Source: an uncultured Alphaproteobacteria bacterium (GTDB lineage: Bacteria > Pseudomonadota > Alphaproteobacteria > CAAHEQ01 > UBA3637). Taken from it: DNA of 58,427 nt. The first letter of the stretch is position 1. Each line of letters begins with the position of its first letter. Shown one piece after another: positions 47,002-54,632 of this stretch. The stretch is taken from NCBI GenBank assembly GCA_944392585.1, contig CALXXA010000002.1, forward strand, positions 1-58,427. The letters are read 5' to 3'. The position numbers and the translations under genes are program-made. Below the pieces are notes generated by a model that was not told the DNA's origin, searched no databases, and was given only the letters and a program-made list of their open reading frames with translations.

Positions 47002-49869
47002 TTAATAATTATTAGTTTGATTCACACATTTCCCCACAAACTTCATTTGCTTGCCTTCATTTTTCATGATAAATCCCTTTGCCAAAGATGCTATACTACA
47101 TACTTGCCCTTCATTACACTTGGTGTCGGAATCATCTCCTAAAGTTACCTTTGATTCACCATCCTCCTTATCCGTACCAATGGTAAGGTTTTTTAAATTA
47201 TCCTCATTCTCATTCACATCTGCCCACTTTCCTATATAAAGAAGTCCGCTAGAATTTTTAGTCGGGGAATCTTCCCCAAAATACGCTGCAAGAGTCTTGA
47301 CAAGATAACAAAATTTTAGGGGTTTGCTTTTCGCTGCTAGTTGAGCTTTTGCTTTTTCTTCTCCACTCGCCCTTATCGAGAAAGAATTACTCGGGCTTCC
47401 CCATCGTACACATTGTTGTGGGAATGGGTCTTTGAAGTATGTATTAGTCGAGCAATAACATCCTACACCCGGACATTCACTAAAAAAGAACTCTCGATAA
47501 CACTCACCAGCTGCATCAAGACTACATTCTTTTTCTGCTGGATAATACCAGGGTACATTCGTTTCCTTCCCACAAGCTACTCCGATATTGTTTTCATGGT
47601 ACCCTTCTCTATACTGTAAACACGCTGGATAATAACCGCTCTTCTGTGTATTATACACATCGTCGTACGTAGTCTTCTTTAGGTTACTAATTCCGCCATT
47701 AATGGCAGATATACAATAACCCAAATCCGTCGGTATAGTCACGGTTAAAGTACAATCATAATCTCCGGAAGCCTCTTCTAAACAAACTTGACTTTCATCA
47801 TCCCAATAATATCCTGATTTCGTACAACAGCTATCTGTGTTATAATATATCATTTCTTCAGAACAACATTTATTTTCACCAGGTATCCATGTTCCTCCTG
47901 CCTCTATACACCCGTCTTGAGTAGTTATTGACGTACACCCCTCTTTTTCCGACCATTTTCCCCCGGTTTTAGAACAACACGCATTTGTATTCGTCTCAAT
48001 TAATGACGGGGTACAACATTGATTTGACGCACCAATCCAAATTCCTCCCAAAGCAGAACAATCCTCTTCATTATCAGGAATATCAGTATCCAAATCAAAA
48101 CTACATCTCTGATCTAGATTAGGTTTGTCACAACATATAGTCTCTTCTTCTCCAGTATCTGTATCTTGAACAACTTTAGTTATTGTACAACACTCCCCAT
48201 CAACAACACCTGTCGCAGTAGAAGGACAACATGTTCCATTAATAACATTTTTCCTGTCAGCAGGGCAACAAACAATGTCACTATCAACGATTACAGGCTC
48301 TGTATCTTTTTCACAGCACTTAAAATTTTCTTCATTAATAAACGCCCAATTTCTACCCGCCGCCTCACAACATTCTTCTTTCTTCTCAATAGTACTTTCT
48401 TCCGAAAGAGTCTCATAATCTTTCGGACAACAATAGTTGTTCACAGCTTGATTCAGGTTTTGATTCAGGTTACAGCACATATTGTCTTTGCTTGTAAAAA
48501 CATACTCAGAACTGTTGATACAACACATTCCATTAGCATCGTCTGTTTTAACCATTGTCACCTTATCAACCCATACGCCTTTCTCATGCCCATCATAAGC
48601 GTTTTCACAACAAACCTGTGTATTTATGTTGCTCGGATCACAACATTGTTCACCCACCCAATGATAACCATTCGCTTCACAACACATTCCATTAGCATCG
48701 TCTGTTTTAACCATTGTCACCTTATTAACCCAATGATGCTTATTCGCTTCACAACATGCCTTTGAATCCGTTTTCCAAGTTTTATTATCATTTGTACAAC
48801 ACTCTCCATTTTTAATAAACTCACTATGGCAACAAAAAACTTGATTTCCTGATCCTGAAGGCTGATCGCCTTTATTACAACAAATCCCCTCATCATTAAA
48901 CCATTCATACAACCCTATACAACACATTCCATTAGCACCGTCTGTTTTAACCCCATCCTCATCGACCCAATGATAATTATTCGCTTCACAACATGCCTTA
49001 GTATCTGTGTCGTCCTTAGCACAACATGTCCCCTCAGCCCATACGCCTCCGTTTGCTTTACAACATGCCTTAGTATCTGTGTCGGCCTTAGCACAACATA
49101 TTCCATTAGCATCGTCTGTTTCAACCCCATTCTCATCAACCCAAGAACCTGCCTCATCATGCCCATTATAGGTGTTTTCACAACAAACCTGTGTAGTTAT
49201 GTTGTTCGGATAACAACATTGTTCACCCACAGCATAGCTACCCTCCGGACACTCAGAAGGAGGATCAATAGGATCAATAGGAACAATAGGATCAGGATTC
49301 GGTGTCGTAGGATCCGGGAAAAGATCCGAAACCGATGTATCATACGCAAAAACAAATGTATTCCTCTTTCCTTCCGAACACTCTGTAACTGTAAGAGATC
49401 CCGTACACTCTGAAATCCCTTTATCCCCTTGACATAAAAAAACTTCTCTTTTTATCGGAAATTCTTCTCTAACCATCTCTTGCAACCTCTTGCAAGCTCG
49501 ACCGGGAACTTCCTTAACTATAACATAAAATCTATTCCCTTTCCCCTTCTCATGCGCATAGTTAAAACCTCCTTGGTTCTCTTTGAAACCAACCAAATTA
49601 TACTTTTCCCCTGTCTCATAATTCTTCAAAGCCGGATTACTAAACGATTCCACGGCTCTTAAATCCACTTGCTTATATATCTGATTCGCTTGGTGCTTGG
49701 ACATCGCATATGCATATGCAACCAAAAAAAGAATACTCAATATCGCTACAACAGCTAAAACACCTAATATCTCTATAATGCTCCGCCCTTTTTCCGACTT
49801 GACAAAATGTCTCTTAAAATATGATAAATGACGATTCTGTTCCAATTTTTCCTTCAAATGTCTAAGCAT
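47002..49869 (-). CDS. giant Cys-Cys-repeat protein with type IV prepilin-like N-terminus (paralogue 1)
   Basis: 955 aa. A 28-aa basic leader ends in Gly, then RSIIE (Glu at +5) and a roughly 22-aa hydrophobic helix (ILGVLAVVAILSILFLVAYAYA), which is a class III/prepilin signal. There follow a small pilin-like domain, the Pro-rich linker PDPTTPNPDPIVPIDPIDPP, about 490 aa holding 27 CC dipeptides, and a unique roughly 265-aa C-terminal domain. AGGAGG RBS. Confidence 0.7.
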   Translation of the reverse strand: MLRHLKEKLEQNRHLSYFKRHFVKSEKGRSIIEILGVLAVVAILSILFLVAYAYAMSKHQANQIYKQVDLRAVESFSNPALKNYETGEKYNLVGFKENQGGFNYAHEKGKGNRFYVIVKEVPGRACKRLQEMVREEFPIKREVFLCQGDKGISECTGSLTVTECSEGKRNTFVFAYDTSVSDLFPDPTTPNPDPIVPIDPIDPPSECPEGSYAVGEQCCYPNNITTQVCCENTYNGHDEAGSWVDENGVETDDANGICCAKADTDTKACCKANGGVWAEGTCCAKDDTDTKACCEANNYHWVDEDGVKTDGANGMCCIGLYEWFNDEGICCNKGDQPSGSGNQVFCCHSEFIKNGECCTNDNKTWKTDSKACCEANKHHWVNKVTMVKTDDANGMCCEANGYHWVGEQCCDPSNINTQVCCENAYDGHEKGVWVDKVTMVKTDDANGMCCINSSEYVFTSKDNMCCNLNQNLNQAVNNYCCPKDYETLSEESTIEKKEECCEAAGRNWAFINEENFKCCEKDTEPVIVDSDIVCCPADRKNVINGTCCPSTATGVVDGECCTITKVVQDTDTGEEETICCDKPNLDQRCSFDLDTDIPDNEEDCSALGGIWIGASNQCCTPSLIETNTNACCSKTGGKWSEKEGCTSITTQDGCIEAGGTWIPGENKCCSEEMIYYNTDSCCTKSGYYWDDESQVCLEEASGDYDCTLTVTIPTDLGYCISAINGGISNLKKTTYDDVYNTQKSGYYPACLQYREGYHENNIGVACGKETNVPWYYPAEKECSLDAAGECYREFFFSECPGVGCYCSTNTYFKDPFPQQCVRWGSPSNSFSIRASGEEKAKAQLAAKSKPLKFCYLVKTLAAYFGEDSPTKNSSGLLYIGKWADVNENEDNLKNLTIGTDKEDGESKVTLGDDSDTKCNEGQVCSIASLAKGFIMKNEGKQMKFVGKCVNQTNNY
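48125..48838 (-). repeat. segment shared with the second pilin-like gene (copy in paralogue 1)
   Basis: 48125-48565 aligns by eye to 55618-56067 with about ten substitutions, one 3-nt indel and one 6-nt indel. 48725-48838 continues the match to 56068-56180. Paralogue 1 carries one extra unit of about 159 nt in between. Confidence 0.85.
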
Positions 49870-49980
49870 TCAAGCCTCCTATATTTACACCTATTGTACA
49901 ACATACACCATATTTCCATCCAGATGTCAAGCAATTTTAAAAAAAAATTCACTTTTACAATTCACAATAAACTATGAATT

Positions 49981-50022
49981 TAAAAAGAAAGAGAAGGTTT
50001 TAAAGACCTTCTCTTTTTTTTC
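49981..50022. terminator. rho-independent terminator downstream of tuf (copy 1)
   Basis: aaagagaaggt (49988-49998) pairs with accttctcttt (50006-50016) around a 7-nt loop. T-runs lie on both strands. It is 31 nt past the tuf stop. Confidence 0.8.
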
Positions 50023-50097
50023 TAAGTTATCTTGAAATAATTTTAGGTTACTTCAATATCTTGGAGACAACTCCAGCACCAACCGTGTGACCCCCTT
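49981..50097 (-). repeat. direct repeat copy 1: tuf 3' end plus terminator
   Basis: Identical base for base to 58311-58427 (offset 8330 nt). The match runs to the window edge, so its full length is unknown. Confidence 0.95.
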
Positions 50098-51238
50098 CCC
50101 TGATCGCAAACCTTAGTCCTTCATCCATCGCTACAGGAACTATCAACTTCACCGTCATCTTCACATTGTCTCCGGGCATCACCATCTCTACTCCCTCAGG
50201 CAACTCTATCGTCCCCGTCACATCCGTCGTCCGAAAGTAAAATTGAGGCCGGTAATTACTGAAAAATGGCGTATGACGTCCTCCTTCCTCTTTCGTCAAT
50301 ATATAACATTCCGCCGTAAACTCCGTATGCGGCGTTATCGTCCCAGGTGCCGCCAATACTTGGCCCCTCTCGACTTCTTCCCTCTTCGTGCCTCTCAATA
50401 ATACTCCAACATTGTCCCCGGCTTCCCCTTGGTCCAATAACTTCCGGAACATCTCTATCCCTGTACACGTCGTCTTCTGCGTCGGCCTTAAACCTACTAT
50501 CTCTACTTCATCTCCAACCTTTATTACTCCTCTCTCTATACGTCCCGTCACTACCGTCCCTCGTCCCGATATGCTAAAAACATCTTCTATCGGCATCAAA
50601 TACGGCTTGTCCTTCGGACGATCCGGTTGCGGAATATATCTATCAACCTCTTCCATCAACTTCACTATCGTATCATGCCCTATCTCCGGACGCGTCCCTT
50701 CCAATGCACATAACGCTGAACCTTTCACTATCGGTATCTCATCCCCAGGAAATTGATATGAACTCAATAAATCCCTAACTTCCATCTCTACCAATTCCAA
50801 TAACTCTGGATCATCTACCTGATCAACCTTGTTCATATATACTACCAACGCAGGAACTCCTACCTGCCTCGCTAACAATATATGCTCCCGCGTCTGCGGC
50901 ATCGGACCATCCGCCGCACTCACTACCAATATCGCTCCATCCATCTGCGCCGCACCAGTTATCATGTTCTTTACATAATCCGCGTGACCAGGACAGTCTA
51001 CATGCGCATAATGCCTATTCTTCGTCTCATACTCTACATGCGACGTGCTTATCGTTATCCCTCGCGCCCTCTCCTCTGGCGCCTTATCTATGTTCGCATA
51101 ATCTACAAACGAGGCTCCTCCCTGCTCCGACAATACTTTCGTTATCGCTGCCGTCAACGTCGTCTTCCCATGATCAACATGTCCTATCGTCCCTATGTTG
51201 CAATGGGGTTTAATCCTCTCAAACTTTTCTTTTGCCAT
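50048..51238 (-). CDS. tuf: elongation factor Tu
   Basis: 396 aa. Canonical EF-Tu ([25 protein letters not shown]). Confidence 0.97.
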   Translation of the reverse strand: MAKEKFERIKPHCNIGTIGHVDHGKTTLTAAITKVLSEQGGASFVDYANIDKAPEERARGITISTSHVEYETKNRHYAHVDCPGHADYVKNMITGAAQMDGAILVVSAADGPMPQTREHILLARQVGVPALVVYMNKVDQVDDPELLELVEMEVRDLLSSYQFPGDEIPIVKGSALCALEGTRPEIGHDTIVKLMEEVDRYIPQPDRPKDKPYLMPIEDVFSISGRGTVVTGRIERGVIKVGDEVEIVGLRPTQKTTCTGIEMFRKLLDQGEAGDNVGVLLRGTKREEVERGQVLAAPGTITPHTEFTAECYILTKEEGGRHTPFFSNYRPQFYFRTTDVTGTIELPEGVEMVMPGDNVKMTVKLIVPVAMDEGLRFAIREGGHTVGAGVVSKILK

Positions 51239-51299
51239 CTCTCTATCTTCCTTCTCAAAAAAATGCTGCTCCTCTTAAAAGAAGAGCAGCTTATTTTAA

Positions 51300-53378
51300 T
51301 TAACCATTCATTTTTGCTTTAATTTCATCAGCAACTGCTTGTGGTACTTCAGCATAATGATCAAAGACCATAGTGTACTGTGCACGACCTTGGCTCATTG
51401 AACGCAAAGTACTGACATATCCAAACATGTTTGATAATGGAACTGTCGCATCTATTACTCGTGCATTTCCTCGCTGATCCATCCCGGAAACTTGACCTCG
51501 CCGACTATTTAAGTCTCCAATAATGTCTCCCATATAGTCTTCCGGTGTCACAACTTCAACTTTCATAACAGGCTCCAATAAAACCGGCCTGGCTTTCGCA
51601 ATTCCCTCACGGAAAGCTGCTCTTGCCGCGATTTCGAAAGCCATTGTTGACGAGTCAACATCATGATATGCCCCATCATATAAAGTCGCTTTAAAGTCTG
51701 TACACGGGAAACCTGCTAATACACCAGTTTCTTTCGCTTGTATCAATCCTTTTTCCACGCCGGGGATGTATTCTTTCGGAACATTTCCACCGACGACTTT
51801 ATTTTCAAATTGATACCCGGATCCTGCCGGAAGAGGTTCAAATAAAATTTTTACACGAGCAAATTGCCCGGCTCCTCCAGATTGTTTCTTATGCGTATAA
51901 TCACAATCATAGTTCTGTGTAATAGTCTCACGATACGCCACTTGAGGAGCTCCGACAATCGCATCTACACCAAATTCACGTTTCATACGATCAACAATAA
52001 TTTCCAGGTGTAATTCTCCCATTCCTTTAATAATGGTTTGCCCTGTTTCCGTATTCGACGTAACTCGAAAAGATGGATCTTCTGCCGCTAATCGACTTAG
52101 AGCATTCCCCATTTTTTCAATATCTCCTTTTGTCTTCGGTTCAACGGCGATTTCAATCACAGGCTCCGGAAATTCCATTTTTTCCAAAATAACTGGATGC
52201 GTTGGACTACATAAAGTTTCTCCTGTCGTCGTCATTTTTAAACCACATAAAGCGACAATATCTCCCGCACGAGCTTCTTTAATATCTTCACGATGGTTAG
52301 CATGCATTAATAACATGCGACCAACACGTTCTTTTTCGCCTTTAACAGAGTTTAAGACATAAGAACCACTTTCTAACACACCTCTATAAACACGCATAAA
52401 AGTCACAGAACCAACAAAAGGATCTGTCATAATCTTAAAGGCCAAGCCGGCAAAAGGAGCATCATCTTTAGATGCAACTTCAACATCTGAACCATCTTTT
52501 TCTGAAATTGCATGAGCCGGTGGAATATCTATCGGCGAAGGTAAATAATCTACAACTGCATCCAATAAAGGTTGAATCCCTTTGTTTTTAAAAGCCGTAC
52601 CACAAAAAACAGGAACAAATTTTTGTTCAATAGTTCCTTTTCGGATACACTTTTTCAAAGTCTCCATATCGGGTTCATTCCCTTCCAAATAGCTTTCCAT
52701 AGCAGCATCATCCATTTCAACTGCCATTTCAACTAATTCATTATAATACCGCTCTGCTTGTTCTTTAAGCTCAGCAGGAATCTCTTTTTCTTCAAAAGAA
52801 GCTCCTAAATCTTCGGAATGCCAAATAATCGCTTTTTTCTTTAAAACATCAACAATCCCGACAAAATCTGCTTCTGCTCCGATTGGTAAAGCCATCACCA
52901 TCGGTTTGGCTCCCAACCGCTCTTTAATCATATCTACGCAACGGAAAAAGTTTGCTCCGGTACGGTCCATTTTATTAGCAAAACAAATACGCGGAACACG
53001 ATATTTATCCGCTTGTCTCCAAACGGTTTCAGATTGAGGTTGAACTCCGGACACACCGTCAAAAACAGCAATGGCTCCATCAAGAACGCGTAAACACCGT
53101 TCAACTTCTACGGTAAAATCCACATGTCCCGGCGTATCAATAACATTAATACGATGCCCTTTCCAAAAAGCCGTCGTAGCTGCAGAAGTAATTGTAATTC
53201 CACGTTCCTGCTCTTGTTCCATCCAATCCATAGTAGCCGCACCATCATGGACTTCACCAATCTTATGAGACTTTCCCGTATAATACAAGATACGTTCTGT
53301 TGTTGTTGTTTTACCAGCATCAATATGAGCCATAATCCCAATATTTCTATATAATTCAATTGGAGTTGTTCGTGCCAT
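51300..53378 (-). CDS. fusA: elongation factor G
   Basis: 692 aa. Canonical EF-G ([28 protein letters not shown]). Confidence 0.97.
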   Translation of the reverse strand: MARTTPIELYRNIGIMAHIDAGKTTTTERILYYTGKSHKIGEVHDGAATMDWMEQEQERGITITSAATTAFWKGHRINVIDTPGHVDFTVEVERCLRVLDGAIAVFDGVSGVQPQSETVWRQADKYRVPRICFANKMDRTGANFFRCVDMIKERLGAKPMVMALPIGAEADFVGIVDVLKKKAIIWHSEDLGASFEEKEIPAELKEQAERYYNELVEMAVEMDDAAMESYLEGNEPDMETLKKCIRKGTIEQKFVPVFCGTAFKNKGIQPLLDAVVDYLPSPIDIPPAHAISEKDGSDVEVASKDDAPFAGLAFKIMTDPFVGSVTFMRVYRGVLESGSYVLNSVKGEKERVGRMLLMHANHREDIKEARAGDIVALCGLKMTTTGETLCSPTHPVILEKMEFPEPVIEIAVEPKTKGDIEKMGNALSRLAAEDPSFRVTSNTETGQTIIKGMGELHLEIIVDRMKREFGVDAIVGAPQVAYRETITQNYDCDYTHKKQSGGAGQFARVKILFEPLPAGSGYQFENKVVGGNVPKEYIPGVEKGLIQAKETGVLAGFPCTDFKATLYDGAYHDVDSSTMAFEIAARAAFREGIAKARPVLLEPVMKVEVVTPEDYMGDIIGDLNSRRGQVSGMDQRGNARVIDATVPLSNMFGYVSTLRSMSQGRAQYTMVFDHYAEVPQAVADEIKAKMNG

Positions 53379-53396
53379 AACCTAAAATCCCCCTAT

Positions 53397-53867
53397 TTAC
53401 CACTTATAATGAGAGAACGCTTTATTCGCTTCGGCCATTTTATGAACATCTTCGCGTTTACGAATAGCATTTCCCCTATTATTAAAAGCATCCATTAATT
53501 CGCCAAATAATTTTTCTTCCATTGTTTTCTCGGAACGTTTTCTGGCTGCCTCTATAATCCACCGAATAGCCAAAGCTTGTCTGCGATCCGGACGAACTTC
53601 AACAGGCACCTGATAAGTTGCCCCGCCCACTCTGCGAGATTTGACTTCAACCACAGGCTTAACATTTTCCAATGCATTATGGAAAATTTCCAATCCATTT
53701 TGCTTTGATTTTTCTTCTAACCTGGCGATAGCGCCATAAACGATGCGTTCAGCTGTACATTTTTGGCCTCGCATCATAACACTATTCATAAACTTAGCGA
53801 CAACTTTATCTCCGAATTTAGCATCCGGATTAATTTCGCGTTTTTCTGCTGCGTGTCTACGTGACAT
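53397..53867 (-). CDS. rpsG: 30S ribosomal protein S7
   Basis: 156 aa. [12 protein letters not shown]...[11 protein letters not shown] is the canonical S7 sequence. Confidence 0.97.
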   Translation of the reverse strand: MSRRHAAEKREINPDAKFGDKVVAKFMNSVMMRGQKCTAERIVYGAIARLEEKSKQNGLEIFHNALENVKPVVEVKSRRVGGATYQVPVEVRPDRRQALAIRWIIEAARKRSEKTMEEKLFGELMDAFNNRGNAIRKREDVHKMAEANKAFSHYKW

Positions 53868-53879
53868 TTTTTACTCCTT

Positions 53880-54251
53880 CTATTTAGGCCGTTTCGCTCC
53901 GTACAAGGATCTGGCTTGCTTACGATTAGCAACCCCTTGAGTATCCAACGTACCGCGAATAATATGATAACGAACACCGGGCAAGTCCTTGACACGTCCG
54001 CCACGAATCAGGACGACGCTATGTTCTTGAAGGTTATGACCTTCCCCCGGGATATAACTGGTAACTTCAAAGCCATTTGTCAAACGAACACGTGCGACTT
54101 TACGCAAAGCGGAGTTTGGTTTCTTTGGCGTTGTAGTATACACACGCGTGCAAACGCCTCTCTTTTGAGGACAAGCCTGCAACGCCGGAACTTTATTTCT
54201 TTTAACAGAAGCTTTTCTAGGCTTTCTGGTTAACTGATTAATAGTAGGCAT
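53880..54251 (-). CDS. rpsL: 30S ribosomal protein S12
   Basis: 123 aa. [12 protein letters not shown]...[16 protein letters not shown] is the canonical S12 sequence. Confidence 0.97.
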   Translation of the reverse strand: MPTINQLTRKPRKASVKRNKVPALQACPQKRGVCTRVYTTTPKKPNSALRKVARVRLTNGFEVTSYIPGEGHNLQEHSVVLIRGGRVKDLPGVRYHIIRGTLDTQGVANRKQARSLYGAKRPK

Positions 54252-54420
54252 ATTATTTCCCTATAAATAAAAATTAAAAAAATCTTTGAACGACCTCTTT
54301 CAGGCAATTCAAAGCACCTATCCCGACTCACTGCTCAGATAAATCCGACTGGCCGGGGACTTTCTATCAAAGCCGTTAGCAAAGTCTTCATTACTTGCCC
54401 AACTTCGGAAAGCTGAGTGT

Positions 54421-54449
54421 ATGTAAACATAGTTTTCATCTTATGTCAA
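54421..54449 (-). promoter_or_regulatory. candidate str operon promoter
   Basis: On the minus strand, TTGACA (54444-54449), a 17-nt spacer, then TTACAT (54421-54426). This would give a leader of about 170 nt before rpsL. Confidence 0.3.
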
Positions 54450-54607
54450 GATATTTTTATAGCTCTATTGTCTTTTTATAAAATCTTCCTCTTCCCCAAA
54501 AGCTTTTTTATATCATAATCAACATGGATATTTTTACACCTTTATCTTTAAAAAAAACACCCTGTAAACACATAAAGCCTCATTATTTCGTTAAACACAT
54601 CATGTTT

Positions 54608-54629
54608 AAGGGGTGCCTAAGCACCCCTT
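54608..54629 (-). terminator. GC-rich hairpin directly after the 709-aa gene
   Basis: aaggggtgc (54608-54616) pairs with gcacccctt (54621-54629) around a 4-nt loop, 3 nt past the stop codon. It is an unusually GC-rich stem for this genome. The U-tract on the minus strand is poor. Confidence 0.55.
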
Positions 54630-54632
54630 CCT

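Noticed and set aside
48166-49413. Long plus-strand ORFs (199 aa at 48166-48765, 147 aa at 48970-49413) plus the similar 149-aa ORF at 55659-56108, all antisense to the pilin-like genes
   Set aside because: They are mirror frames of the Cys-Cys repeat coding sequence. They have low-complexity composition and no RBS. Their mutual similarity only reflects the shared sense-strand block.
50256-54233. Many 60-146 aa ORFs in alternative frames or antisense within tuf, fusA, rpsG and rpsL
   Set aside because: They are embedded in highly conserved translation genes. Such shadow ORFs are expected from the codon bias of these genes, and none has a recognisable product.
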